Source: Blastocatellia bacterium
GTDB lineage: Bacteria > Acidobacteriota > Blastocatellia > RBC074
NCBI GenBank assembly: GCA_043775925.1
Contig: JAYVRW010000291.1
Span: 1 to 54,023, forward strand
Direction of reading: 5' to 3'
DNA length: 54,023 nt
Part shown: one piece after another, positions 32,205-41,101 of the stretch
How the letters are laid out: every line of letters begins with the position of its first letter
Numbering within the stretch: the stretch's first letter is position 1
Notes under the pieces: generated by a model
What the model was told of the DNA's origin: nothing
Database searches by the model: none
The model's input: only the letters and a program-made list of their open reading frames with translations
Program-made: the position numbers and the translations under genes

Positions 32205-33473
32205 TTATTTCAGTTTTAATTTAATTGACTCTATGTCTAAAGTTTCCTGCTCGCCTGTTATTAAATTTTTCAAGCCGAATGCTTCTTGAGCGACTTCATC
32301 GTCGCCAATAATCAAAGCATATTTTGCTCGTGCTTTGTTGGCTTGCGCCATCGCCTTTTTCATTTTACGTTCTTCAAATTCCAGCGCAACTGATAAGCCT
32401 GCGCTGCGCAATTCGCGGGCGATGAGTAATGATTTCTGCCGCGCCGCTTCGCCTAAATACACGATAAAAACATCAGGCGCGGAGGCGTTGCGAATTCGTT
32501 CGGCTTCGTCAGGCGGAATTGACAGCACCATTCGATCAAGCCCAAAAGCAAAGCCAAAACCCTTCGTAGCTGGCCCCTCAAGAATTTCGGCGAGTCCGTC
32601 GTAGCGGCCTCCGCCCACGATGGTGTTTTGTGCGCCTAAACTTCCGCCAATAATTTCAAAGGCGGTGCGCGTGTAATAATCAAGCCCACGCACCATGCGC
32701 GGATTCACGGTGTACGCGATGCCTCGTGCGTCAAGATGCGCTTTGAATTGCTCAAAGTGAGTTTTTGAAGCTTCGTCCAGAGAATCGGTAATCGTCGGCA
32801 AGTCAGCAATTAACTTTTGACAATTCGGATTTTTGCAATCGAAAATTCTGAGCGCATTCGTTTCATAACGATGCTGACAATCTCCGCAGAGTTGATCTAA
32901 TTTGCTCGCCATTTCGGTGCGCAGTTTTTCCAAATACGCTGGACGAGAATTTGAATCGCCGACCGAATTAATTAATAACGTCGTATCGTTGATGCCTAAT
33001 TCTTTCAGCATCCAATTCAGCATTTCGATGATTTCCGCTTCGATGGCGGGATCATCGCTCGTGCCTAAAACCTCGGCTCCGATTTGATAGAACTGGCGAA
33101 AGCGTCCGGCCTGTGGACGTTCGCGGCGAAACATTTGTCCGACGTAATACAGCTTCGTCATTTCGCCCTGCGTTTTGTCGTTATAGAGCTTGTGCTGAAT
33201 ATACGCGCGCACGACCGAAGCCGTATTTTCAGGGCGCAACGTCAGCGAAGTCTGATCGCTGTCTTTGTCAATGAACGTGTACATTTCTTTGTGTACGATG
33301 TCGGTAGCTTCGCCGACGCCCCGCGCAAAGAGTTCAGTTTTTTCAAAAATCGGTGTACGAATTTCATCAAATCCGTACCGACGAAACGCTTCACGGGCGA
33401 CCGCTTCGACGCGCAACCAAAGCGGCATGTCTACGGGTAAAATATCTCTCGTGCCTTTAACAGTTTGAATCAT
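32205..33473 (-). CDS. hisS: Histidine--tRNA ligase
   Basis: KGTRD, LRPENTA, FRRERPQAGRFRQF, VRGLDYY, GGGRYDGL. Confidence 0.98.
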   Translation of the reverse strand: MIQTVKGTRDILPVDMPLWLRVEAVAREAFRRYGFDEIRTPIFEKTELFARGVGEATDIVHKEMYTFIDKDSDQTSLTLRPENTASVVRAYIQHKLYNDKTQGEMTKLYYVGQMFRRERPQAGRFRQFYQIGAEVLGTSDDPAIEAEIIEMLNWMLKELGINDTTLLINSVGDSNSRPAYLEKLRTEMASKLDQLCGDCQHRYETNALRIFDCKNPNCQKLIADLPTITDSLDEASKTHFEQFKAHLDARGIAYTVNPRMVRGLDYYTRTAFEIIGGSLGAQNTIVGGGRYDGLAEILEGPATKGFGFAFGLDRMVLSIPPDEAERIRNASAPDVFIVYLGEAARQKSLLIARELRSAGLSVALEFEERKMKKAMAQANKARAKYALIIGDDEVAQEAFGLKNLITGEQETLDIESIKLKLK

Positions 33474-33477
33474 AAAA

Positions 33478-33563
33478 AGTTGGTTTCGAGTTTCGGGTTT
33501 TTCGTTTCGAGTTTTTGTAGTTAGTAAGGGAAGCTCGAAACCCAAAACTTGAAACTCGAAACT
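33478..33563. repeat. Inverted heptamer tandem-repeat hairpin, GTTTCGA family
   Basis: GTTTCGAGTTTCGGG..GTTTCGAG ... CTCGAAACCCAAAACTTGAAACTCGAAACT. Confidence 0.8.
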
Positions 33564-33658
33564 CCGCCAGCGGCGGGCTAAATCGAATCGCAGATTTTAG
33601 CACAACGACCCAAAAGCCGTCTTGCTACTTTCGTGACTGATCAAAAAGTTAAGAGAAT

Positions 33659-36130
33659 TCAGGCAGATAATTGATGGTTGGTACTTAACCGGGTAGCATG
33701 GCTGGCCTGTAAGCTGAGCTGTGCGGTTTCCAGTGCTTTATTGAGTTTCAGATTTTCACCTTCAACGACAGCAGCGCCGATACTTATTCCGAGCAAAGCA
33801 TCTTCGGCAGAAATGAGCAGGGGGCGCGATTCAATCACCGTGCTTTGGAATCTCGCTACAATATCAAGCAACATTTCTTCGGGAGCGTCATGAATTAACA
33901 CCACGTACTCATCACCGCAGTAGTGAATGATTTTATCATTTTTGCGAATTTGCTTCTTCAGCATTTTGGCCAGATCGCGGGTCGTAGCTTCGACGGAAAG
34001 CGGCTCAATGTGCTCCAACAACTGACGAAAAACACGTAAATCTACCAGCAGCAGTCGCAAGGGGTTAATTTCGTCGGCAGCGATTTCAACTTCACGTGAG
34101 AAATGTTCGTGTAAAAATCTGGCATTGGGTAAGTTCGTGACAACATCCCGCATGGAAGCTTCGTTGACAATCGCAAAGCGTCTGGCGTTGAGGAAGGCAT
34201 CTGCGCAAAGAGAGGCGAGACGGCTAAAATTCTCGGTTTGTTCTTCAGTAAATTCTTTTCGTGATTTGGAATAAACGACCGCAGCTCCAAACTGATGGTC
34301 ACCTTTTTTGAGTGGCATCGCGTTCATCGTCAGGTATTTGCTGAAACAGAAGGATTCATCTTTTTGCTGCCAGAGATGGAAGATTTCATTGTCAGGATTG
34401 CAATTTATCTGCTGTTCGTTACTCATCAAAAGATAACCCGTGACGCCTTCCTCCAATTTTATTGTACAGCCCTGAAAGTGCATGGCATCCAATCCGTGCG
34501 CAAATACTATTTCGGCTTTGCCGGAGTTCTCGTTTAATTCGTAAATGACAAACGAATCAAGTTTTTCCTGAAAAGGGATGATGCGATGTAAGTCATTCGC
34601 CAGAAAATTGTAGTAATCGTGGATATTCATTGAACTGGCGATGTTTTCTGCCAGATTCAGCAAGCCATAATTTACCTGGCTGGACATCCGCGATTCCTGA
34701 ATGGCCTGGACGAAAGACGGGGTGGCTGGATTTTCGCTACCTGCAACAGGTTGATTTATTGGCAGAGAATCAGCGGCTGAAACTTCGATTTCTTTGAAGG
34801 GTAAATTTTCCAGGTTAAGTTCAGCAAATTTTCCCTCGCAAATAGATAAATTATTGATGAACAAATCTACCAGTTGCGGATCGTAGCGCCGCCCCTTATC
34901 AATCTGTAGTTCCTGAATCGCAGCTTCGCGGGAAAGCGCTTTACGATAATGTCGTTCTTCACGCATGGCATCGAAACAATCAACAATCGAAAGAATTCGC
35001 GCTGTCAGTGGTATTTCTTCACCTTTTAAACCTTCGGGATAACCTGTGCCGTCCCATCGCTCATGGTGATGCCTCACGATTTCGACCAGCGGGTAAGGGA
35101 AGTCAATTTGCTCCAGAATCTGCGCACCAATGACGGTATGCTGCTTCATCCGATTGAACTCGTAAGCTGTTAATTTACCGGGCTTCGTCAGAATGTAATC
35201 AGGGACAGCCACTTTACCGATGTCACGTAACAATGCTCCGGCGCGTAAAGCTTTGACTTCCATTTTGGAAAGGTTTAGTCGTTGCGCCATTTCTTCGGCG
35301 TAAACCTGCACACGGCGGACGTGCTCATGGGTGATTTTATCTTTAGCATCAACTGCTGCGGCAAAGGCTTGGAGCGTCCGATCATGAAGGTCATCCATCT
35401 CTTTGGCATGACGGCGAGCTTCTTCAATATTTTTTACATACGGAAGCGACACAGCATAAGCGAGACCAATTAATGGAATGGTCATGAGCACCATCCAAAA
35501 TCCAAAGTAAAAAATCAACGCGTTGACAATCGCTGCGATGACAGCGCCGGAAAGTGATGTGAGCAGAATCCAGAAATTGCTACTGATCCAGGTTTTAGCG
35601 AAGCGTAGATCATTTTTGAGCGCGAAAAAGACTCCGAGAAGAAATAGATTTGTTATTCCCTGCAAGGATGACAAAAGAATTAGCGCAAAGCTGTAGATGG
35701 GGAATGTTTTGCTTTGATGGGCTAATTGTGAAAGTGGCCCGAAGCCTTTCGTGATCAGGGACATTGCCAGAAAAAACGACAGGCTTGTAAAGCCAACATT
35801 GGAGAAACGGACTAATGACCTTTTTGTATAACGTAATGACTCTGAATATGTAATCAACCCCATGATCAATGTGGCGATTTCGGCTCCATATAAGAGAAAT
35901 CCAAGGAAAATAAAGGCATCTGAGTTAGTAATGAAGTAGGCAGATGACGAAGGAATGAGCTTGGCGATAGTCCAGGCTAAAAGCAAGGGAATCGAAAGAA
36001 TCACTAGCCAGTGATAGGTTGGTTTGCTCGAATAGGCGCCATAAATCGCTTGCCCAAACAGCAGAATCCCAAAGAAGGCAATGAGAAATCTGTAATGCTC
36101 TGAATAGTTTTTATTCTGCTCTGTGATCAT
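33659..36130 (-). CDS. Membrane sensor with HD-GYP, GAF and GGDEF domains (degenerate catalytic motifs)
   Basis: About 7 N-terminal TM helices; ALLRDIGK (HD replaced by RD), HHHERWDGTGYP; GAF (EGVTGY); RKND-x5-CGDEY. Confidence 0.88.
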   Translation of the reverse strand: MITEQNKNYSEHYRFLIAFFGILLFGQAIYGAYSSKPTYHWLVILSIPLLLAWTIAKLIPSSSAYFITNSDAFIFLGFLLYGAEIATLIMGLITYSESLRYTKRSLVRFSNVGFTSLSFFLAMSLITKGFGPLSQLAHQSKTFPIYSFALILLSSLQGITNLFLLGVFFALKNDLRFAKTWISSNFWILLTSLSGAVIAAIVNALIFYFGFWMVLMTIPLIGLAYAVSLPYVKNIEEARRHAKEMDDLHDRTLQAFAAAVDAKDKITHEHVRRVQVYAEEMAQRLNLSKMEVKALRAGALLRDIGKVAVPDYILTKPGKLTAYEFNRMKQHTVIGAQILEQIDFPYPLVEIVRHHHERWDGTGYPEGLKGEEIPLTARILSIVDCFDAMREERHYRKALSREAAIQELQIDKGRRYDPQLVDLFINNLSICEGKFAELNLENLPFKEIEVSAADSLPINQPVAGSENPATPSFVQAIQESRMSSQVNYGLLNLAENIASSMNIHDYYNFLANDLHRIIPFQEKLDSFVIYELNENSGKAEIVFAHGLDAMHFQGCTIKLEEGVTGYLLMSNEQQINCNPDNEIFHLWQQKDESFCFSKYLTMNAMPLKKGDHQFGAAVVYSKSRKEFTEEQTENFSRLASLCADAFLNARRFAIVNEASMRDVVTNLPNARFLHEHFSREVEIAADEINPLRLLLVDLRVFRQLLEHIEPLSVEATTRDLAKMLKKQIRKNDKIIHYCGDEYVVLIHDAPEEMLLDIVARFQSTVIESRPLLISAEDALLGISIGAAVVEGENLKLNKALETAQLSLQASHATRLSTNHQLSA

Positions 36131-36342
36131 TCTTACTCAATGGGAAAACTAGGGGGAGAAGGAGTGCACTTCAATCCGCGAGGATCTGATGTCGAAGTCT
36201 AACGAGGATTCGTCACAGAATTGTTGTACTTTGATGATGCGGGAAACATGCGGCTGACTGGAATACAAACGACGAAATATTTTACAGGCTTTTGCTTGAA
36301 TAAAAAAACACAGTTTTTCGCTTGTCAAGTTTGCCCGGATGT

Positions 36343-36357
36343 TGTAAATATATTACA
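36343..36357. promoter_or_regulatory. Palindromic operator-like box TGTAA-N5-TTACA
   Basis: TGTAAATATATTACA in the divergent intergenic region; a near-identical box lies at 39167-39181. Confidence 0.45.
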
Positions 36358-36500
36358 TACAGCTTGCTAATTAGTTTTTTTGTTGGTGTGTTCAGCTATT
36401 TTGATTATTTAGCTAACAAGCAATGTAATCAATTTCTGTTTCTTTAATAACAACCCATTGATCAATGATCAGTGCTAACTTTGTAAAAGGAGAAACCACC

Positions 36501-36575
36501 ATGAGCGAAAATATTGTACTCACAGTTGAGGAAGTAGAAGAAGTCATTGCCCCAGGCGTTGGTCTGGCTGACTAG
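36501..36575 (+). CDS. Unannotated 24-aa peptide MSENIVLTVEEVEEVIAPGVGLAD (RiPP-precursor or signal-peptide-like)
   Basis: Strong RBS AAAGGAG 8 nt before the ATG; in-frame TAG; terminator 17 nt downstream; AT-rich promoter region upstream. Confidence 0.75.
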   Translation: MSENIVLTVEEVEEVIAPGVGLAD

Positions 36576-36592
36576 TACATTCAACCGTAATT

Positions 36593-36630
36593 AAAAAAAG
36601 AGCGTATTTTACTAAATACGCTCTTTTTTT
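36593..36630. terminator. Bidirectional intrinsic terminator
   Basis: AAAAAAAGAGCGTATTT-tact-AAATACGCTCTTTTTTT, a perfect inverted repeat. Confidence 0.85.
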
Positions 36631-36657
36631 GTTTGCTTGAGATTCAAAGCATTTTAA

Positions 36658-37671
36658 TTATCCTTCACAATTCAAAATAATTTTACCGAATTGTCCGGCT
36701 TCTTCCATGCGGTGATGCGACGCGGCGGCATCACGTAACGGGAAGACTTTATCTACGACTGGTTTGAGCTGCGCCTCATCGTAAAGTTTCAGCATCGCTG
36801 CAAATTCTTCCTGTGTTCCCATCGTAGAACCGCAAATATCCAACTGCTTCCAAAAGATTCGACGCAAATCAACCGTTTGCGGTAAGCCTGTAGTGGCACC
36901 ATAAAGAGCAATTCTACCGCCAGGTTTCATGATCTCGATACATTTCGCCAGAGTCTCTCCGCCCACACTATCAATCACAACATCCGGGCCATCGCCATCG
37001 GTCATACCGACGACCATTTTCCCCCAATCTTCAGTTTTATAATTGGCTCCGCCATCGGCTCCGATTTCGCGGGCGCGTTCAATTTTTTCGTTACTGCCTG
37101 AAGTCACAAAAACTTTTGCGCCGAGTTGCATGGCGATTTGCATGGCGAACGCCGAGACTCCACCACCGATTCCGGTGACTAAAACATTGTCTCCGGCTTT
37201 GACACGGGCGCGGGTGACGACTGCGCGGTAGGCTGTTAATCCAGCCAATGGTAGCGCTGCTGCTTCTTCCCAACTGAGCGACGCAGGTTTGAGGTGGGCG
37301 TAGTCAAAAGGACAGGCAACATATTCAGCGTAAGTGCCGTCTTCAGGGAGTCCAAGAATCTTGAAGTATTTATGCTGAACTCGCGGGTCATTGCCCCAAT
37401 CCATGCCGGGGTTGATGACGACGGCTTGTCCCAGCAATTCTTTGGGCACGTCATCACCCAGCGCGACAATTTCCCCGGCTCCGTCAGAACCAAGGATGAC
37501 CGGAAATTTCAGTCCGGCGTACATCCCTTTGCGAATCCAGACATCACGGTGATTCAAGGCAGCGGCTTTAAGTTTGACGACGACTTGTCCGGCAGCGGGT
37601 TCAAGATCGGGAACGTCTTCGTATTTGAGATTTTCCGGTTCACCTTTTTCGTGTAAGACAATTGCTTTCAT
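36658..37671 (-). CDS. MDR-family NAD(P)H quinone oxidoreductase / zinc-binding dehydrogenase
   Basis: AAALNHRD, ILGSDGAG, DGTYAEY, VLVTGIGGGV, GSTMGT, QFGKIIL. Confidence 0.9.
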   Translation of the reverse strand: MKAIVLHEKGEPENLKYEDVPDLEPAAGQVVVKLKAAALNHRDVWIRKGMYAGLKFPVILGSDGAGEIVALGDDVPKELLGQAVVINPGMDWGNDPRVQHKYFKILGLPEDGTYAEYVACPFDYAHLKPASLSWEEAAALPLAGLTAYRAVVTRARVKAGDNVLVTGIGGGVSAFAMQIAMQLGAKVFVTSGSNEKIERAREIGADGGANYKTEDWGKMVVGMTDGDGPDVVIDSVGGETLAKCIEIMKPGGRIALYGATTGLPQTVDLRRIFWKQLDICGSTMGTQEEFAAMLKLYDEAQLKPVVDKVFPLRDAAASHHRMEEAGQFGKIILNCEG

Positions 37672-37712
37672 AATTTCTCCTGAGAATTACTCTGATGAGT
37701 CCACTGTATTTT

Positions 37713-38099
37713 TTAGTCAGATAAGGCTGCTCGCAATTCAGCCGGAAGTTCGTGTGATTGACCATCTTTGGTGAAGACGACAGTCATGGAACCTTCAGCG
37801 GCTAATTCCTGTGCCGTGTCAAAGATTTGATATTCGTAGCGGATGGAGCTGCGTCCCAGCTTACCAATGGAAGCTCGCATCGTAAATTCGGCATCCAGCA
37901 TCAGCGGCTTTTTGAAAGTACATTCCGAATGGACACGCGGCATTCCGTATCCTGCCTGATGATCGAAGGCGATGCCACACGAGCGTAGCAATTCAGTTTC
38001 ACCTTCTTCAAAATATTCAAAGTAGCGCGGGAAATTGATCCGTAACGCTGGATCAGCATCTGCCCATCTGACGCGCCGTTTAAGTTCAATCGTTGGCAT
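37713..38099 (-). CDS. Acyl-CoA thioesterase (4HBT/YbgC hotdog fold)
   Basis: RVRWADADP..INFPRYFEYFE, LGRSSIRYEY. Confidence 0.88.
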   Translation of the reverse strand: MPTIELKRRVRWADADPALRINFPRYFEYFEEGETELLRSCGIAFDHQAGYGMPRVHSECTFKKPLMLDAEFTMRASIGKLGRSSIRYEYQIFDTAQELAAEGSMTVVFTKDGQSHELPAELRAALSD

Positions 38100-38108
38100 T
38101 AAATTTCC

Positions 38109-38181
38109 GTGTCAGTACCACCTGCGGTAGCGGGTGGATTCATCGCCAAAGCTACTCACCCGCTACCGCAGGTGGCTGACA
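38109..38181. repeat. REP-like palindrome
   Basis: GTGTCAGTACCACCTGCGGTAGCGGGTG...CACCCGCTACCGCAGGTGGCTGACAC. Confidence 0.75.
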
Positions 38182-38311
38182 CCAAGATCAGTTGTAAAGA
38201 GGAAGGATCATAACGAAATCGCAGGCGGGCGTCTATTGGTCGAGGTAAAAATAAACCGAGCCGCCCTGATACATTGTCAGAGCGGCTCGGTGCTTTTTCG
38301 GCTGGTAACTG

Positions 38312-38950
38312 TTAGCTATTCGTTGAATCTTTTTTCTGGTCACGCTTGCGCATCATGGCAGCGACTCCGGCGAGTCCGGTTCCGAGCAGTGCGAGGCTGG
38401 CAGGTTCGGGAACTTGTGAAGCGGGGAGGCGGGCGATAAATTCCTGCGGGCTGGCTGCGCTTGGGTCAGTCGGCGTATACACGCGGAAGTTAGAAAAATT
38501 ATAGTTATTAAGATTTTGCGATTTCGCCAAATTGATCCAGCTCAGTGAGCCAGCGGTGGCAGGCGAACTGGGAGTCAGCAGGCTCCACATCGCAAATTGT
38601 AAATCGCCAGTCGCATTGGGGTTCGCCGCAAATTGATCGAACAGCCACGCTACTTGTTGATATTTAGTGAATGAATCCGCTTGTCCCGCAAAGCGTGCGC
38701 CGCTCAAATCAGTGAAGGAATTCGTCGTTGCCGTCCAGGTCTGACCGACTGAAACGTGATGCGAAAAATCAATGCAGACCATTGAAACTGGTAGTCCGCC
38801 AACTGTTCCCGAAGCCGGGCCAACATAATATCCACCTTGATTAGCTCCGGTTATACCCGTCAACTGCATCGTCACGGAATCAGCCTTAACAGCAGTTGAA
38901 AAGCAAAAACAAACCAGCAGGAATCCAATCAATGCCAAACTCTTTTTCAT
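38312..38950 (-). CDS. PEP-CTERM sorting domain protein (exosortase substrate)
   Basis: Signal peptide ending AVKA-D; MVCIDF; C-terminal VPEPASLALLGTGLAGVAAMMRKR. Confidence 0.93.
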   Translation of the reverse strand: MKKSLALIGFLLVCFCFSTAVKADSVTMQLTGITGANQGGYYVGPASGTVGGLPVSMVCIDFSHHVSVGQTWTATTNSFTDLSGARFAGQADSFTKYQQVAWLFDQFAANPNATGDLQFAMWSLLTPSSPATAGSLSWINLAKSQNLNNYNFSNFRVYTPTDPSAASPQEFIARLPASQVPEPASLALLGTGLAGVAAMMRKRDQKKDSTNS

Positions 38951-39166
38951 AGTAGCTCCCTAGTTTCTTTTTTGTGTGAAGCCTCGTCACGTTGGGTTGT
39001 GGTGGGGAGCCTCCCACCACAGCGGCGTTAAGGGCAGACGAAGACCGGTCAGCATTACAGCTTTCATTTCAGCCGTAAGCCGTGAAATAAAACGAATCGG
39101 GTGATAATTCCAAAATTCTTGCAATACGGCGATGTTTCAGGTATTCGCCGAATCGGTCAGGTTAGC

Positions 39167-39181
39167 TGTAATTAATTTACG
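39167..39181. promoter_or_regulatory. TGTAA-N5-TTAC box upstream of the PEP-CTERM gene
   Basis: TGTAATTAATTTACG about 220 bp upstream of the start codon. Confidence 0.4.
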
Positions 39182-39316
39182 GTGGAGCTTTCGCGTAAAT
39201 CTTATAGAACTATAGCAATTCGATTTTGACTGGAAAGTTTCAGAATGATTCTTCATCTTCCTGACCGAAAAAAATGAATTCGATCAAATAGGAAGGAAAA
39301 AAATTAAGGGTTTGGG

Positions 39317-39437
39317 GCTTTGATTTTTGGTCTTTGATTTTGTTTTGAAATTATTTAGGTTGATTCGAAGTCGGTAATTGCTGAAGCCAAATTACTAACA
39401 TAGGAACTCAAAGACCAAAATCCAAGGATCAAAGACC
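39317..39437. repeat. Inverted degenerate heptamer repeat (CTTTGAT/TCAAAGA)
   Basis: CTTTGATTTTTGGTCTTTGA ... TCAAAGACCAAAATCCAAGGATCAAAGACC. Confidence 0.6.
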
Positions 39438-39482
39438 TGAAAAAATACAATGTTGTAGGGGGAAAATATCTGGCAGGCAGAT

Positions 39483-40988
39483 TTATTGGTTTGACCAGCG
39501 GAGTGAAAAAGTCTGAGGTTTGTTATCGCTTTTTCCTTCACTACCGACGCGGACAATGGTCGTGAAATTATTGGCTGCGGAGGGTTGCTGAACAATACGG
39601 GCGGGTGCTTTTCCACTGGCAGCGACTAATCGCACGCTGATGGGAGCATTGGGAATGGGTGCGCTGAAAGTAGCGCGAACACCGTTGGCGACATCGCCGG
39701 AAACATGATTGATCGAAGCTGATGCGCCGCGAATGACAATATCTTCGACTCCTTTGACGGTTCCAACCCAGGTCACCGTACCGGAGCGCAATTCAGCTAC
39801 CACGGGAGGTGCTTGCTCTCGTGCTTTCCGTGCCGCGTCAGCTTTGGCAGCTTCCGCTTCACGTTCTCGCAGTTTGTCTTCGGCGATTTGCCGCTGCCGG
39901 GCAAGTTCTTCATTTTGCAGAGCAGCAGATTTTTTCCGTGCTTCCGAATCGTCTGCCTTGACAGTTTCGACTGGAGCTACAGGAGCTGGCGGAGGCGATA
40001 ATCGCAACTGACTATTTGAATTATTGAGTTTATTGGCTAATTCATCAGCATTTTTAGCACCTGCGGCTAATTCTTTTTTGAGCGCTTCTTCTAATCGCTT
40101 TGCTTCGACCGGATTCGTAATCGGATACATGACCGGAGTGTTGGCTCCGCCGCCTTGCGCCATAACATTGCCTGGGGAAGCAGCAGCCATCAAGCCGCGA
40201 ACAGTCAGATTGTTGACGATCTTCTGGATGCCATTCAAGGGGCGCAAAACATTTTCGGCCCCCTCTTTTTCCATCTGCGTCTGCGCTTCGCCACTCAGTG
40301 TAATGACTCCATCTTTGACAGTGATTTTGTACCGTGAATCAACTGCCGTTGGATTATAAGCGGTCAAAATTTGCCGGACGTTATTACCCAATAATTCATC
40401 AGGCGTGCCGGATGTTGTTTCAGGGAGATCTTCAGTCGAGGTTGGAGTAGCGGGCGAATCTTCAGTCTTCGTTTGAGGGGCGGACGCTAAATACATTTCT
40501 TCCGAAGTTGGGGACTTCGCGTGGGCTTCGTCTTTCTTTTGTTGTTGCCAGAGAAGGTAGCCAATCGCTGCGAAAACCAGCAGCATGACGACCCCGATCA
40601 ACATCAACCGTTTTTGTCCTTCAGTAAAGATCGGGAAGCGCCGACGTGGAGTTTCATTTTCGTCTTCGGCGACAAACGCTACGTCTGCGCCTGACCATTG
40701 CGGGATAGTTTCGTCACTGGAAGCCGAAGTAGATTTTTTCAGTTCATTGATCGCTTTAGTAAAAAGTTCCTTCTCGCTATTGGTGACGGTGGTTTCTGAT
40801 TTTATCGCTGTTTCTTGTAATTGGATTTTTTGAATGGGAGAAATCTCAGCCGCGTCTTTTTCCTCTAATGAATGAGAGGTGACCTGAGTCGAAGAAAACA
40901 AATCCAATGCTTCTTCCAACTGTGCCAGCGACTCATCCAGCGATGGTATGGGAACGGGAACTTTTCGTTCACCGACTTGATTCGTCAT
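39483..40988 (-). CDS. Membrane-anchored BON domain protein with TolA-like coiled coil
   Basis: Single TM helix; ITVKDGVITLSG..LNGIQKIVNNLTV (BON); Ala/Glu/Lys-rich helix; C-terminal beta domain. Confidence 0.8.
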   Translation of the reverse strand: MTNQVGERKVPVPIPSLDESLAQLEEALDLFSSTQVTSHSLEEKDAAEISPIQKIQLQETAIKSETTVTNSEKELFTKAINELKKSTSASSDETIPQWSGADVAFVAEDENETPRRRFPIFTEGQKRLMLIGVVMLLVFAAIGYLLWQQQKKDEAHAKSPTSEEMYLASAPQTKTEDSPATPTSTEDLPETTSGTPDELLGNNVRQILTAYNPTAVDSRYKITVKDGVITLSGEAQTQMEKEGAENVLRPLNGIQKIVNNLTVRGLMAAASPGNVMAQGGGANTPVMYPITNPVEAKRLEEALKKELAAGAKNADELANKLNNSNSQLRLSPPPAPVAPVETVKADDSEARKKSAALQNEELARQRQIAEDKLREREAEAAKADAARKAREQAPPVVAELRSGTVTWVGTVKGVEDIVIRGASASINHVSGDVANGVRATFSAPIPNAPISVRLVAASGKAPARIVQQPSAANNFTTIVRVGSEGKSDNKPQTFSLRWSNQ

Positions 40989-41101
40989 GTTAGCAACCTC
41001 TAAGGGCGTGGGGGGACTAATTGATGATGCCTTTTCGTTCCGCTTCGATCTGATAAAGAATATCCGATTTCGTCGTATTCGTAACTAAAAAAATTCAGAT
41101 T

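Noticed and set aside
36360-36490. Sigma-54 promoter or FNR box upstream of the peptide gene
   Set aside because: No GG-N10-GC element at correct spacing; CATTGATCAATG is palindromic but lacks the TTGAT-N4-ATCAA spacing.
38951-39060. c-di-GMP-I riboswitch in the PEP-CTERM leader
   Set aside because: The GGCAAA..GAAA..GACGCAAAG signature is not present.
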